This document shows, in pieces, positions 12,653-25,280 of a stretch of 64,000 nt of DNA. The notes below the pieces were generated by a model. That model was not told the origin of the DNA. It did no database searches and worked only from the letters and a program-made list of their open reading frames with translations. Both the position numbers and the translations under genes were made by a program. Source of the stretch: Massalongia carnosa (taxonomy: Eukaryota); assembly GCA_965645245.1 (NCBI GenBank), contig OZ287085.1, positions 372,001-436,000 on the forward strand. Reading direction: 5' to 3'. The first letter of the stretch is position 1. Every line of letters starts with the position of its first letter.

Positions 12653-14745
12653 ATCGTGCCAAAACACTAAACCCCAACCGAGTCAGGGTCTAGTGCCCAT
12701 CACCCTACTGCCTACTGACGCACTTTTCCCATTTTTACTACCATTTCCACCACGTCGTTCATCCACCACCACCATGACTAATTCATATTCTAATAAGGAG
12801 GATCGAATTGTTGACGCTATAAACGCCTGGGACACGGGTGAATTTCGAAGTATACGCGCAGCAGCCATTGATTTTGACGTGGACGTTCGTACTCTTCAAA
12901 GACGACTTGCTGGAGGAGGTTCGCGCATTGACCGAACTCCCCCCAACAAGGCGTTATCTGATGAACAGGAATTGGCTATTTGTGATTACATCCGAATGCT
13001 CGATCAAGCTGAACAATCTGCCAGATTTCCAATGGTTCGTGGAGCTGCCAATTATCTACTTCGAGAGCCCATTCAGACGCCTTTACTCCCTCATCGTCAG
13101 CAATTCTTGGACCAAACGTTTCCTCAATCGCAATCCTCAGTTCTTCAAACGAAAACAAAAACCTTTGGCGGCCGAGCGAAAACACGCGCACAATGCAAAG
13201 GACATACGTGAATATTTCGAGGCATATCGGGCTGCGCGCGAGGCGCGGGGAATAGTGGACGAGGATGTTTGGAACATGGATGAAACGGGCTTTCGAATTG
13301 GCTGTGGCAGGGCTCATTGGGTGGTGTCAGGTCACTCCAGAAAGCCTCTATTGTTGACAGACCCAGACAACAGAGAATACGTCACCTCCTGTGAGTGTAT
13401 TAGTGCTGGTGGTCGAGACATTCCCCCAATGGTGATTATCGCGGGGGTTTTGATTCTCGAAAAATGGGCGCAGCAGAACGACCTGGATGACGATGTTTTG
13501 TTGACTACTAGTCCTACCGGCTATTCCAATGATGACTTGGCCATTGATTGGCTGAAACATTTTGATAAACACAGTCGAAAGGGTCAGGTAGGTGCCTGGC
13601 GTATGTTGATTATGGACGGATATGGATCTCATATGACATATGAGTTCTTTACATATGCCAAACGAAATCAGATTGAATTATTTCATTTGCCGCCTCATTC
13701 AACACATCTCACTCAGCCATTGGATGTAGGATGTTTTCAGCCATTTAAACATTATCATTCCGAAGGCATCGACGAACTGGTACGACTCGGAGGGGCAGAT
13801 TTCGACAAACTCGACTTTTTGTCGATTTTTCAGCGCATGCGAAATCAAACATTCACCTCGGCCACCATATTATCGTCATTCAGAAACACGGGTTTGGTGC
13901 CTTACAATCCCGATGTGGTAATTCGAAAGTTGGAGGCCATTCAGACCCGAAGCCCTGCTACCCCGCTGTTGGTGTTTGGGCTAGGAAGCCAAAGCAGAAT
14001 GTGTCAGGCAGTTGGTGACTGCCCGTTTGGGCCTAGCGTGTATTTTGGAGTTTTGGTAAAATCTCTGCAGATAGTTAACAAATGAACTATCCCTTCCAAA
14101 TATTCGTATCATGCACCAAGGTGATCAAGTCTCGATCCCAATACCCGCCCCCACCTTCGTCGGCCCCATTGCTCGCCAGAACGCCCCGTACGACGACTAA
14201 AGAGGTGGTTGAATACGGTATGCGTCTCCGTATGAGTCTGGCCAAATACAAGGTGCTGGACAACGAATGGGAGCGTCATGTGGGGCAATTTGTGAAGGGT
14301 TCCATTTCCAGCGCTCATGCACGTCAGATTGTTGAACGGGACCTTCTGGCCAGTCATCAACAATCCGTCACAAAGGCGGCGCGTAAAAAACTGGATGGAA
14401 AGGTCGCCCAGAATGGAGGGGTCATAACCGTGGTGGACGTACGAGCCAAAACCTCAAAACGCTGACAGAATGAGGTGGAAATGACCAGGCTGGCCTATGA
14501 ACAGGCTCAACTAGCTGCTGAAAAGAAGCAGATAGCCCTGGACAAAAGGTATAAACGCATCGCTCGATCGATGCCCAGGCAAGCAAAGCTGTTTTACCAA
14601 TGAAATCTTGATTAACCGTTGTTGTCCCCAATTTGTAGCGGAAATGGTAGTAAAACTGGGAAAAGTGCTTCAGTCAGCTGAATGCGTCAGTAGGGTGATG
14701 GGCACTAGACCCTGACTCGGTTGGGGTTTAGTGTTTTGGCACGAG
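12653..14745 (+). mobile_element. Complete pogo/Fot1 element with ~58-bp TIRs and TA TSD; transposase frameshifted and interrupted
   Basis: TCGTGCCAAAACACTAAACCCCAACCGAGTCAGGGTCTAGTGCCCATCACCCTACTG is inverted at both ends; WNMDETGF, MDGYGSH, HSTHLTQPLDVG. Confidence 0.92.
13967..14143. mobile_element. Solo LTR (177 bp), TSD CCCGC
   Basis: TGTTGG...CCAATA; CCCGC at 13962-13966 and 14144-14148. Confidence 0.8.
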
Positions 14746-15396
14746 TACCGCTTATTCGCCCGGTAGGTCACCATAACTCCTTAGACGCTCATGTATTGCG
14801 CCACTGAGTACCGCTGTAACAGAGGCGAGGCGAGGGGATACTTCGTGAACTACGAAAACACCTCCATAATAAGTTCGGTCCCTACACTATGCCTAACTGG
14901 GTTAGGCGGGACCCCTTATTGTCTTGGTGGTTGTTTTGGCTGTACGTATCCCACATAGCCATGTAGGCCAGTCTTACGTTCAACGAACGCATACTAGGCC
15001 TACCATATTGCAAAAGTAACGCTCGAGATCGAGTGTGATCGATCGATTATAATGCACAGCCTGATGCTATGCAATCTACGTGCAGATTTTTGAAGTGAAT
15101 TGCTCACTATAGTGCATGTACGAATATTCTGAAGGAATAGTTTTGATTTTAATCTATCGTGGGTGCTTTTGAGCACCCACAGCGGCTAAACTAACTAGAA
15201 CTACCTTGTATAACACCAACAAAGGTTGCATCAGAACCAGACGCACAAGGCTGCGCATCTACAGCCTTTTTACAGCACGATTATAAGCTTCAGCTGAGAA
15301 ACTCGTTTCTTCATTGACAGTTTTCTGATGGCACTTCTAATATCTGACTCTGTGGAATTGTACTTCAATGACGGATTCTGATTCAACGTCTCACAT

Positions 15397-17005
15397 TTGA
15401 TCGAAGTTATGTCTGGAAGCTCGTTGATGCCTTCCCGCATCACTCGACCGATCATCAAAGTTGGTAAACAAACGTTTTCGCTCTATTTGACTCAGTGGAT
15501 AGCCCGAGCTCAAGCCGCAGATCTCACGCACAATAATTGTTCCTCACTGAACGATAAATACGTTGGCAACTCGCACCGATTCTCGATCACCTCGTGGGTG
15601 CATCGTGGTATCTGCGTAAGGTCAGACAATGTCGATCAAGACTGTTATGATGCTTTGACCCACGCCCTGCAGAATCTCGATCTAATTCGCGCTGGCGAAT
15701 ACACCGGAGCCGCTAGCCTGCTCGCGCTTTTACCCACCATCGGTGCGATTTTGGGCGCTCCGCCTTCCGAGATTTGGCGCCTGCTGCCCGTGGTTCCATT
15801 TGGAGGTGGTCTCGCGATGACGCTCTTGTTTGGGGCTGCTATTCTCCCAGTACGTGTGGAGGATTACCAGGACGACTCAAACAGGCGAAGCGTCGCCTTT
15901 CGCGGCAATGGGTCCAGACAATCGGAAGACGCACAACAAGAGGGCTCTACGGTTTCGGACCGGTTGGTAGAGAGAATTTTGGCGCGTATGCGTCAAGCCA
16001 AAAGTCGGGAGTTGCCGAAAGGCCATATATGGGTGGGATTGCTGCTGATGATTTTGCTCTTCGTTGGCGCACAGGCTGCGATGATTGTTATTGAACAGGG
16101 TGGTGTTATCCCGTGGTGGTGTGTCTCAAGAGGGTGGATGCACTTGTGGTATTTTTTGGGTGAGATATCCTTATCACGAAAGCCCGTCAGGTCACTAATT
16201 CAACGCGTTAGTGACCTTTACTGCAATCGCAGAAAACTGGGCTCAATTCCCCTTTCAAGAAACTTGGAAATTGTTCGTGTCGGATATCCCTTACAATTTC
16301 AACATCCGGAATGGTGATAGCATCCCCCCGAAATTGGAGAACTCCAATGCCAAAACCAAGCAGGTGCTGCATCGGCTCGCCAGCTTGAAGGCGGGGGAAG
16401 TAACGCTCCTTGGCTCGAAGCAGAACACTCGACCCCGTAACAGGGTCCTCGTCATGCTCTCCCTCCCTATTCAAGGCCATCAAGGCCAAGACTGTTATCG
16501 AGCGCTCTTGCGCCTAATCAGCAAATGCGCCAGCATTACTCTTTTTATCACCGGCACCGCACTCTTCGCGTCCGTACAGTTGCTCGCGCTCCCCGTTGCT
16601 GTGCTGGCACTGACACTGATCCTTGCTGCCGGAATCTTCAGCCGAGCCATCGCCGGATGGATCGTTTCGGAGGTCAGCAAGACAGAGCCGCTGATTCACG
16701 AAATTGTTGAAACATCGAAGGAAGCACAAGAGCTCATTTTTCGAGTCCTTTCCCTCGACGAGTATCCCAGTCGAGAAACCGGTTGCAACGAAACTCGGAA
16801 GATCCAGGTGGAGTTCGAAGGTCTTGTGTTCGTCGGCCAACGTCGCGTTGACGGTCGCTCGCCGTGGTATCTGAGAACTTTGGGCGTCCTGGCTGAGCCG
16901 TTCGATTTGAAAAAAGTCGATCGTTCCGAAACCAGCTCCCATGGGGTTCAGGCGAGTACAGATGTGGGTGAGATTGAGCTCGGCTTGATGCAGACTAATG
17001 GTTGA
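15397..17005 (+). CDS. Uncharacterised multi-pass membrane protein; intron 16160-16211; true start uncertain
   Basis: Two long ORFs joined in frame by a GTGAGA...CACTAAT...TAG intron; several hydrophobic segments. Confidence 0.65.
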
Positions 17006-18245
17006 ATCGCCGCCGAAAAGTGCTCGAGATACTTTTTTTTTGGAAGTACTATCTGTAAAGTCCCATTAATAGTCATAGAAATAGAAGTGAAAAGACATAG
17101 CATGTCTGATGTCTCTTCTCATGGTTTCAGATTTTGTCTACTATCAAGCTGCCAATCTAGACTTCTGTTATGCCTCTTTGCTCCCTCAATGCTTTCTTCA
17201 AATGTGACTTGCTCGCTTTTCAGAACGAAAATATCTATCTCGAATTCTAAGTTCGAAGTGCGTAAGAGTCATTCAAGACATATGAGAGCTTCTATTTCTG
17301 ACCAGCTTTCGATCGATTTTGTTATACGAAGTAGAAAGTAGTTTTTCTTTTCGTCTAAGAAAGCGCCAAGACAAATGAAGATAACTTCTTCATATCAATC
17401 GCGAGAAAGGTTGAAAACATGACCTTCGCTCGCACGTCTGTCCTCACTCCTATAGCGTATGATCTCGTTTTTAGTGAAGACGGGAGTAAGTTCAGGATGT
17501 ATACGAGCAGGCAATGGCGTAGCGGAGTCAGCGGCTGGAAGATGACGAAGTAGAAGTCGGCAGAGATGAGAGTTACTAATTCTTTTCTTCGCTGAGGGGA
17601 AACAAATACGCCCTACTAAGACGATTGCAATACTTTAATACTGTCCATCCCTACGTCCTCATCCATTTTTGTCGCGCCACACTTCTCCTTTCCCTTCTTT
17701 CCCTCCTTTACCTCCTTCAATCACTCTGCTGTCGACTCCTGCTATTCGTCTTCAGTTCTCGCTCGAGATTCGCTCGAGAGGCATTCACAAACCGAGATAC
17801 GTCAATAGCTGCGACGATCGCTTCGCCGACGCAGTCTCAGCGTTATGTAGCTATGCATGAATAACGTCATCCGCGAACTCTCAAATGCCTACTTCCGTCA
17901 GTCTAGCGAACCGATTGACAAGAGAGAATAGCCGGTATCTGTAGAAGTATGAGGTTATTCATTTTTGTTATATTAATGATTCTATAACTCTGTCCTTCTA
18001 AAGTCTAAAATCATCCAAGTCCAGGATGCGTACCGCATACCGGAATAGGTCTACTGTTACTCGTGACCATAATAATGTCTAGCGCCATAGGTTGGTATCC
18101 AAGCTATGCGCTAGCTACGTAAGAATCGCCCACGCTAACGAATCGATTTTTATCTCGTTATTTTTTGGAAGAATCAGCAGCTGTTGGTTGCATCGGTTCA
18201 TTGGTAGGTTGTGGCTCCAGGTAGTGTGGCTGTGTTGATTTGGCT

Positions 18246-21200
18246 TTAGGTCATCTGCATCTGTTCGACAAAGGTGTGGAACTTTGCGTGCGTTAGAGCC
18301 TTCGTCAGGCCGTCGGCGATCATCTCCCCAGTTGGCACGTAGGTCAACTCGATTCTCTTTGCCTCCACCTCGTCTCGGATGTAATGGTGCTGGATATTGA
18401 TGTGTTTGCTCCTGGCATGGAATACTAGGTTGTGTGCCAGAGCAAGAGATCCTTGGTTGTCACCTTTGAGTGAAACAGTGGGGTCTCCGTCGCTGGGCTT
18501 GAGGCTGTTGAGGTCTCTGTCGATCGCTTGTACGCACGAGTTCTTGTTGGAGACCTTGATCTCAGCATGCTGTTGGTCCGCTTCCAACACCCCAAGCTCT
18601 GTGAGGAGTAGACGAAGCCAGGTGGCTTCTTTGGCGGCCAGCGTGAGTGCGATGTATTCCGCTTCTGTGGAAGAGAGAGCAACTGTTAATTGCCTTTTAG
18701 AGCACCAGCTTATCGGTCCCCCGTTCAGCATAAAGATGAAACCGGATGTTGACTTCCGGCTGTCCTTGTCACCTGCCCAATCCGAGTCCGAATAGCCTTC
18801 GATTTTCAGTTCTTCATCCCCCCCATAGGTTATGCCTCGATGTTTCGAGCCCTTGAGGTATTTGAGGATGGTTTTGACTGCTTCGGTGTGCTGATGGCTC
18901 GGGTTCTTGGCAAAGCGACTTACGAGGGACGTGGCGAAGGCAATATCTGGTCTGGTCTCTACCATGGAGAACATTATGGACCCCGTCATTCCTTGGTATC
19001 TCTCCTTCTCTGGTGGTGAGGCTTCTCCTTCCTCGCGTTGGGAGAGTGGCACAGATTCTTTCATCGGGGTGTTGACGGGGTTGGCTTTGTCGAGATGGAA
19101 TCTCTCCAACACTTTTTCGATGTAGGCCGGTTGAGACAGTTTGATGGTTCGTTGCTTTCGATCCCGATCTATTCTCAGTCCTAGGTAAAAGCTGATGGGA
19201 CCCATATCTGACATAGAGAATGCAGCTGTGAGTTCTGCTTTGACTCGCTTGATTATCCCACTGTCCTTTGGCGCCATAATCTTGATGTCATCTACGAAGA
19301 CGCTGAGTACGGGACCTTTCAGCCCTGCACCCGATACGAATATACTGTGGTCTGCGTGGATGCGTTTCAAGCCTAGTTTCTCGAGGAGGAAGGCTGAAAA
19401 GCGTTCGTACCAGAGGCGGGGAGATTGTTTGAGGCCGTAGATAGCTTTCAACAGTTTGCAAACCATATTCTTTGTGGCTTCTATGTCAGTTCCCTTTGGA
19501 ATCTCCATATATATCAGTTGATCAATGAGGCCATAGAGAAAAGCCGTTTTTACGTCCATCTGGTCGATGTCCAGGTCGAAGAAGGCGGCAAGGGCGAACA
19601 GGGTTCTGAAGGCCATTAGCTTCACCACGGATGCGTAGGTTTGATCGAAATCAACACCAAACTGTTGTAGGTACCCTTTGATAACCCATCTGGCTTTGAA
19701 TCTAGATACCTTGCCTTCGACATCACGCTTGACCTTGTACACCCACTTCCCCCCCAGAGGTCGATGACCTGACTCCATCTCGTTCTTTGGTATGAGAACC
19801 CAGGTCTTGTTTTCGTGTAGAGAGTCTATTTCTTCTTTCATTGCCTGTGCCCACTGCGAGGCGTGGGGGCATTGCATTGCCCTGTTGTATGACTCAGGTT
19901 CTTCGACATCTAATTGAGTGGCAAGGACGTAGTCTCCTTTACTTTGGGCGTTGGCCTGAATGAGCCTCGAAGTCAAGATTGTGTATGGATCGTCGTCTGC
20001 GTCATGGCCGTCCTCCTCGCATTCGATGTTTGTCAGGAACGCGTTTGCTTTTTCCTCCGAGTTGTGTTCCCAGTCAAGGTCTAGCAGCTTGCTGAGATGT
20101 ACTATCAGATCTTGATCTTGAGCCTTTTGTGTAGGTCTTATCGTTCGGCCAGACCGAGACTTCCTTGTCTCCGTAGTTTCATTTGACGCTCCAGTAGTTT
20201 CATCTCTAGTAGTGACCTTTCGGCCCTTCCTAGGGGTTACTTTGCTGGGAGTTGACTCGCTGGCACCTGTTGCATTGTTGACCTTTCGGCCTACATCCAA
20301 CATCTGTGTGTCGCTCGTCGCCTCGTCATCGTCATCGGAGAGTAAGAAACCTGAGAAGGTGGGAGTGTTTTTGTATTCAGGAAGCTCGGTGGACGTCTTG
20401 GCCTCGTAGTCTTCAAAGATTCTGAGATCTTTGATGCGAATGACTTTGTTCTGTTCTCGGATGTGGACTCTGTAGATTGTGTGACCATCGTATCCAACAA
20501 GAGTACCGCGTAAGGCTCGTGGGTTCCACTTCTTAGACTTTAAGGCTCGTTCCTCTTCGTGTAGGAGAACGTACACTGTCGAGCCTAACACTCGGAGGTG
20601 TTGGATATCTGGGTGGATTTTCTGCTGTGCATGGTAGGGGTTGTCTCCACCTAAAGCCTTCGTGGGGCGAACGTTTTTGACGTACGTCATCGCAAGAACA
20701 ATTTCAGGCCACAGCTCGTCATCAAGGCTTCCCTCGAGGATTGTCGCTCTTGTCATATCCATGATGGTTCTTCCCATTCGTTCTGACACGCCGTTTTGTT
20801 CCTGAGAGTACGGTGCTGAGGGTTCAAAAGTGATGCCCTTCTTCGCAAACCATTCCTCTACCCTTTTGCTCTGCAGTTCTGATCCATAATCTGAACGTAG
20901 GCGTTCGACCGGTCTCTCCTTGTGTGACCTGGTTTTGCAGAGGTTGTAGAAGGTCTTGAGACATTTGAACCAATCGCTTTTCCGGGCACCAGTGTACACT
21001 TCGGTATATCGCGTGAAGTCATCCGTAAATGTGAAGAAGTATCTCTCCCCTCCAAAACCAACAGGGTTGATGGGACCTACTAGGTCTGTGTGTATAAACT
21101 GGTACGCCTCGCTTGCTCGTTTCTGAGGCTCGTGGCGGTTGTAGGATTTTGTGGCTTTCGCACGTTGGCAGCTGTCACACACGTACTTTTCTGAGTCGTC

Positions 21201-21776
21201 CACGTAGTCGATCTCCAGTTTGTGGAGATGTTGCTTCAGTGAGGGGAAGTTGAGGTGGCCGAGTCGTTTGTGCCAGGTGGTGAGAGGGGGTTTTGATGAG
21301 GTGGTGGTCCTGTAGGCGTGTGGTGGCCACTCGAACGTGTTGTCGTCGATCTGCTTTAGATGAGTTGCAGAGACAGAGAGGTTGAGAGGGTGAAGAAGGA
21401 AGCTGGTCCTCCACCTTTCGGCGTAAGCCAGGGTTTCCTTTGTTCTTCTATCATAGAGTGTCTCGTTCTCATTATCATAGAAAATTCCATGAACGTTAAG
21501 AAGGCCGAGGCTGACAAGATTAGAAGGACTGTGGGGAAGGAAAAACACGTTGTTTAGGTTCAGGATCACTCCTTCGCGACCGTCTTTCAGGCTGAGGCGA
21601 AGGCGCACCTTTCCACGGCCTGGTGAAACCCCATCTGCAGTTGAGCCTCCGATCCGGGTAGGCTTTTCGTGGTATACAGTCAGCAAGCTTCGATCATTGC
21701 ACACGTGCACGTCCGCCGCGCTGTCAACCAGCCAGGAAGCGTCTCTCGGCCCTTTGACCGCTAGCACCTTTGGTTG
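18246..21776 (-). CDS. Copia Pol polyprotein (protease, GAG-pre-integrase, integrase, RT, RNase H), open frame
   Basis: WLVDSAA, WHKRLGH, HTDLVGP, LRSDYGSE, QNGVSER, MDVKTAFL, FVDDI, YSDSDWAG, ADGLTK. Confidence 0.95.
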   Translation of the reverse strand, partial: QPKVLAVKGPRDASWLVDSAADVHVCNDRSLLTVYHEKPTRIGGSTADGVSPGRGKVRLRLSLKDGREGVILNLNNVFFLPHSPSNLVSLGLLNVHGIFYDNENETLYDRRTKETLAYAERWRTSFLLHPLNLSVSATHLKQIDDNTFEWPPHAYRTTTSSKPPLTTWHKRLGHLNFPSLKQHLHKLEIDYVDDSEKYVCDSCQRAKATKSYNRHEPQKRASEAYQFIHTDLVGPINPVGFGGERYFFTFTDDFTRYTEVYTGARKSDWFKCLKTFYNLCKTRSHKERPVERLRSDYGSELQSKRVEEWFAKKGITFEPSAPYSQEQNGVSERMGRTIMDMTRATILEGSLDDELWPEIVLAMTYVKNVRPTKALGGDNPYHAQQKIHPDIQHLRVLGSTVYVLLHEEERALKSKKWNPRALRGTLVGYDGHTIYRVHIREQNKVIRIKDLRIFEDYEAKTSTELPEYKNTPTFSGFLLSDDDDEATSDTQMLDVGRKVNNATGASESTPSKVTPRKGRKVTTRDETTGASNETTETRKSRSGRTIRPTQKAQDQDLIVHLSKLLDLDWEHNSEEKANAFLTNIECEEDGHDADDDPYTILTSRLIQANAQSKGDYVLATQLDVEEPESYNRAMQCPHASQWAQAMKEEIDSLHENKTWVLIPKNEMESGHRPLGGKWVYKVKRDVEGKVSRFKARWVIKGYLQQFGVDFDQTYASVVKLMAFRTLFALAAFFDLDIDQMDVKTAFLYGLIDQLIYMEIPKGTDIEATKNMVCKLLKAIYGLKQSPRLWYERFSAFLLEKLGLKRIHADHSIFVSGAGLKGPVLSVFVDDIKIMAPKDSGIIKRVKAELTAAFSMSDMGPISFYLGLRIDRDRKQRTIKLSQPAYIEKVLERFHLDKANPVNTPMKESVPLSQREEGEASPPEKERYQGMTGSIMFSMVETRPDIAFATSLVSRFAKNPSHQHTEAVKTILKYLKGSKHRGITYGGDEELKIEGYSDSDWAGDKDSRKSTSGFIFMLNGGPISWCSKRQLTVALSSTEAEYIALTLAAKEATWLRLLLTELGVLEADQQHAEIKVSNKNSCVQAIDRDLNSLKPSDGDPTVSLKGDNQGSLALAHNLVFHARSKHINIQHHYIRDEVEAKRIELTYVPTGEMIADGLTKALTHAKFHTFVEQMQMT

Positions 21777-22738
21777 TCAACTTTCGCGGGACGGGATCTC
21801 GGAAGGGCTCTCTGTCTGGCTTTGGAGGTTTTGCCTAGAGCCTTTTGTTCTCATCTGGTGCAGCGGGTGTTTTGGCCGAAGTTCGGGGTATCTCAGGAAA
21901 CAACGGTCTGTGTAGTGCTGTGTATTTCCCTTCTTGATGCAATCTGGGTTTGTGCAGGTCCCCGGGGGTGCTCGATTACTAGGCTTTGGTGGTTTGGAGG
22001 TGAAGAGTGCCGATTGTTTGGGTGTGCCGGATTGTCCTGGAGTTTGGTCGTTCTCTTTCCTGATTTCTGCAAACCGGATAAGCTTTTTAGTGCTCTCGGC
22101 GATGTTTGTGTTCCCCATCTTCCACTCTGTCTCCATCATGGAGACGATCCCCGAGTATTCGTTTCCCATTCCAGTGAGCAGTCCTGCCTGCAGGAGTACC
22201 TCGGCTCCTTTTGCGGGGATCTCGGAATCTGTGGGAATGAGGCCGCACACAGTGTCGTAGGCCTCTTGGTATTTGCTGCAATATTCGTGAATGTCTGTGC
22301 AGTCCGATAGTCGTAATTTGGTGGTCTCCAGGATGAGTCGCGAGATGCTCATTGAAGAGATGTGCTGAAATTTCGTTTGTAGGGTTTCCCACATTTCCTT
22401 GGCTTCTTTGCCCTCGATAGCTGCTTGGTGTTTGGAGGCTACCAAGTTTATGATGATGCCCTCCGCTTTGCTCAGGGAGGCTCGGTGCTCTTTAATTTCG
22501 GTGGAGAGGGCAGTCCAGAGTGCTTGGGCCGTCATTTCGGTGGGTTTGAAGCCCATGGCTATGATGTCCGATCTGACTGACTCCTTCGTTGGCTCTGGCT
22601 TTCCGGTGACTGCCCAGGCGCAGTTCTTCTGCTTGAGCTCTCCCAGAATGTAGGATCGCCATAATGTATAGTTCTCGGAGCCTTGGAGAATGATGCGGGG
22701 AGGGGAGCCTTCTCCTGCTCTTCTCGTCGGTCTGACAT
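21777..22738 (-). pseudogene. Copia Gag with a 1-nt frameshift near 22700
   Basis: MSDRREEQEKAPLP shifts into RIILQGSENYTLW...; C-terminal CTNPDC..H...C knuckle. Confidence 0.8.
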
Positions 22739-22814
22739 TTTGTGGGTTTTTGGGCGAAGAGTTCTCAACGCCTTTGGGTTGTAGGAAGATGGGTTGCCTT
22801 GTAGCTGTTGTGGT

Positions 22815-23000
22815 ATGCGAGCGTCTTCGCTTCGTAACCTTTGGTATATGAGCAAGTTCTCCGCCTCGTAGCCTTCGGTATGTGAGCGTTCTGCTTCGTA
22901 TGAGCGTATTCGCCTCGTAGCCGTCTGGTATGTGAGCGTTTGCCTCGTAGCCTTTGGTATATGAGCGTTCTGCTTCGTATCCTTTCAGTATGTGGGCGTA
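22815..23000. repeat. Degenerate short tandem repeats in the copia 5' leader
   Basis: Repeated GGTAT(A/G)TGAGCG-TT..GC(C/T)TCGTAGCC units. Confidence 0.7.
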
Positions 23001-23400
23001 GCACTCTTCCTATCTATTGTGGTAGGTGGTCAGGCGCATTGGCTTGATTCCACACCGCCATTTCAGAATTGGCTCCTTTTGGTAGCCAAGTGGTCTTAAC
23101 CCTCCCGCCTCACACCATTCCTCCTTTTCGGGTAGGAAGTTCTTCGTTCTAGGTGCATTGCTCTGGGGGGTGTGGGGTATTTGTGGCCTGTCGCTAGCGA
23201 AGATTAATGAGCTTATGCGCTGGCCGGGCTCATAACCTGTAGAAGTATGAGGTTATATATTTTTGTTATATTGATGATTCTATAACTTTACTTCTAAGGT
23301 CTAAAATCATCCAAGTCCAGGATGCGTGCCGCATACCGGAATAGGTCTACTGTTACACGTGACCATAATAATGTCTAGCGCCATAGGTTGGTATCCAACA

Positions 23401-25280
23401 CACCTCCTGGCCGATAGAGTAGATGAAAGCCGCTTTGATGCGGGCTGAGCGTGGTCGCAGCGTGGGGGTTGCGCCACGGCTCCTGGATTGCTATGATGTC
23501 GTAGTCCTGTATATTTGAATCCGCTAGCAATGGTATCATAGTACTTACGCGATCATTTCTGACATTGTACTGTAGGATGCTAATTGATTTTTTGTCCTTC
23601 ATAAAGCTTCATCCATGTCTCTCGAGGGAGTCGTTTTCGATTGGGTAGGGATTTGTACTTCCAAGTGGGCCCCTTGCGGAGCGGTCGCGGTTGGATGTTG
23701 GGTGGGGGGCGGAGTGGTTAGGGTGACTGCTGGTTTGGATGGGAGAGGGATGGGAGGAGATAGGGTAGTAGGGGGGCAGGGGGCACTATTGACAGCATTG
23801 GGGGGTCTACCCAGAGTGGGCTTCGCCATCGCCCTTATTCCGTTTGCCGGGTTCATGATCTCGATGTCCTTCCATGTGATTCCGGTCTCGGCACCTGGTA
23901 GGCTCGGCTGATTCGCCTGTGTGGCGGATTGGGTTATTGTGCGCGATATTTTCCTTTTTTTCCCATTAATAAGACTCCATGTGGTAGGTAAGTCTTCCGT
24001 CCGTAAGTCTAGGTCTACCGTTGTAGTCCCTGCCTCTGCTGGGGGGTTGCTGGCTCCGAAATTGAATGCTGGCGCCACCGCCAGCCCTTCAGCTTCGTAT
24101 AGATGCGCTTTTCTTTTCCTTGCGTCGTTTACTTTCTTCTTCTCCTTCGTTCGAACCACACACACAGGGGACCACGCTGGGTGACCAGGCTTCTCGCACG
24201 TGGCACACATGGGGTGGGCTCCGGTCGTCTCGGGATTGCACTCGTGCGTAGGATGTCCGCCGGCACAACGCCCACAGGCCGTGGGGTGTTTACACCATTT
24301 GCTGATATGCCCATACTTATAGCAGTTGAAGCATTGCACTAGTATGTTATTTTTGTGAAATCTTTCACAGTGCTTGATCTCGTAGTCTACGAGTAGACCT
24401 TCGTTGATGAGCCGGTTGGCCATCGGTGCAGTTTCAACTTCCATGTGCAGCGTAGAGTGCACTTTTCCTTCTCTGATGGCCTTGTTGGACCAAGCGACCT
24501 TTACGATCTTCAGTCCCGCATGCAGTCGTGCATTAACGGCATGTAGGTACTCAATGGCTCTCGTCTGATTGGTGACGTCGATGTGTTGCATCCTGACGCC
24601 ACGTACCTGTATGGCAAAGGTACGCCTTTGCATCGCTGCCGATGCGGCTACTTCACGCACCCAGCCCGTATTGTCATATAGTGACTTCTTAATCGCTGCC
24701 GTTTCGGTGTGTATCCTAATGTCTCCACTGTTGAGACGCGATACGCCTATTATTCCTGCATTTCTCTTCTGTAGCGCCTCCACCAAGTCCTTTGTGGACG
24801 TTTGCTTTATTCTTTCTCGATCCTCGCTCTTCGTCACTCGTATGGTGAGTTCCCTTGCCCTTTTGATCATACTTGGTGTTTGTTCCTTCGCTTTCTGCGT
24901 CTTTACGTTGTTTAGAGTGCTTCGAACCGGCACAGATCCGCCCTCATTGAGGTGTCCCGCCGCGGCGACGGCGACATAGTTTCTTGCTGTTGGGATCTCC
25001 TTTCTGCTTTCAATTCTCTGTAGAGTGCTTTTGATATCATTTAGAGCAGATACCACGTGTGTGGTGTCGTGCGATTTTTTGTCTAATTGATTTTGTGCCT
25101 CCAGCACAATTCTCGATTCCTGCAAAATTTGCAACGCTACCGGGTCTCCTACGTTACCCACACGGTCAAGATAATCTTTGATTTTAATTACCAGAGACTC
25201 TTTCGCCTTTCTATGCTCACTTTCGCACTGTGCATTTCTTGGTACGAGATTTTCGTTCATGGTCGCCCCTTCCTTTCCTT
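23401..25280 (-). mobile_element. Tad1-like LINE 5' part: ORF1 (three CCHC-type knuckles) and the start of the ORF2 endonuclease
   Basis: CFNCYKYGHISKWC, CGRCAGGHPTHEC, CATCEKPGHPAWSPVC; ORF2 begins ILQYNV...DIIAIQEPW (APE motif) and is cut by the copia LTR. Confidence 0.9.

Larger units (their letters stand above)
17940..23400 (-). mobile_element. Near full-length Ty1/copia retrotransposon with ~163-bp LTRs (17940-18102, 23238-23400)
   Basis: Direct LTRs; PBS-like GGTTATGAGCCC next to the 5' LTR; gag and pol ORFs. Confidence 0.95.

Noticed and set aside
17080..17930. Short ORFs between the membrane gene and the copia LTR
   Set aside because: No coherent frame or domain; probably degenerate sequence.
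21774..22310. Antisense ORFs over copia, DIRS and LINE genes
   Set aside because: Shadow ORFs of real coding frames with no independent motifs.
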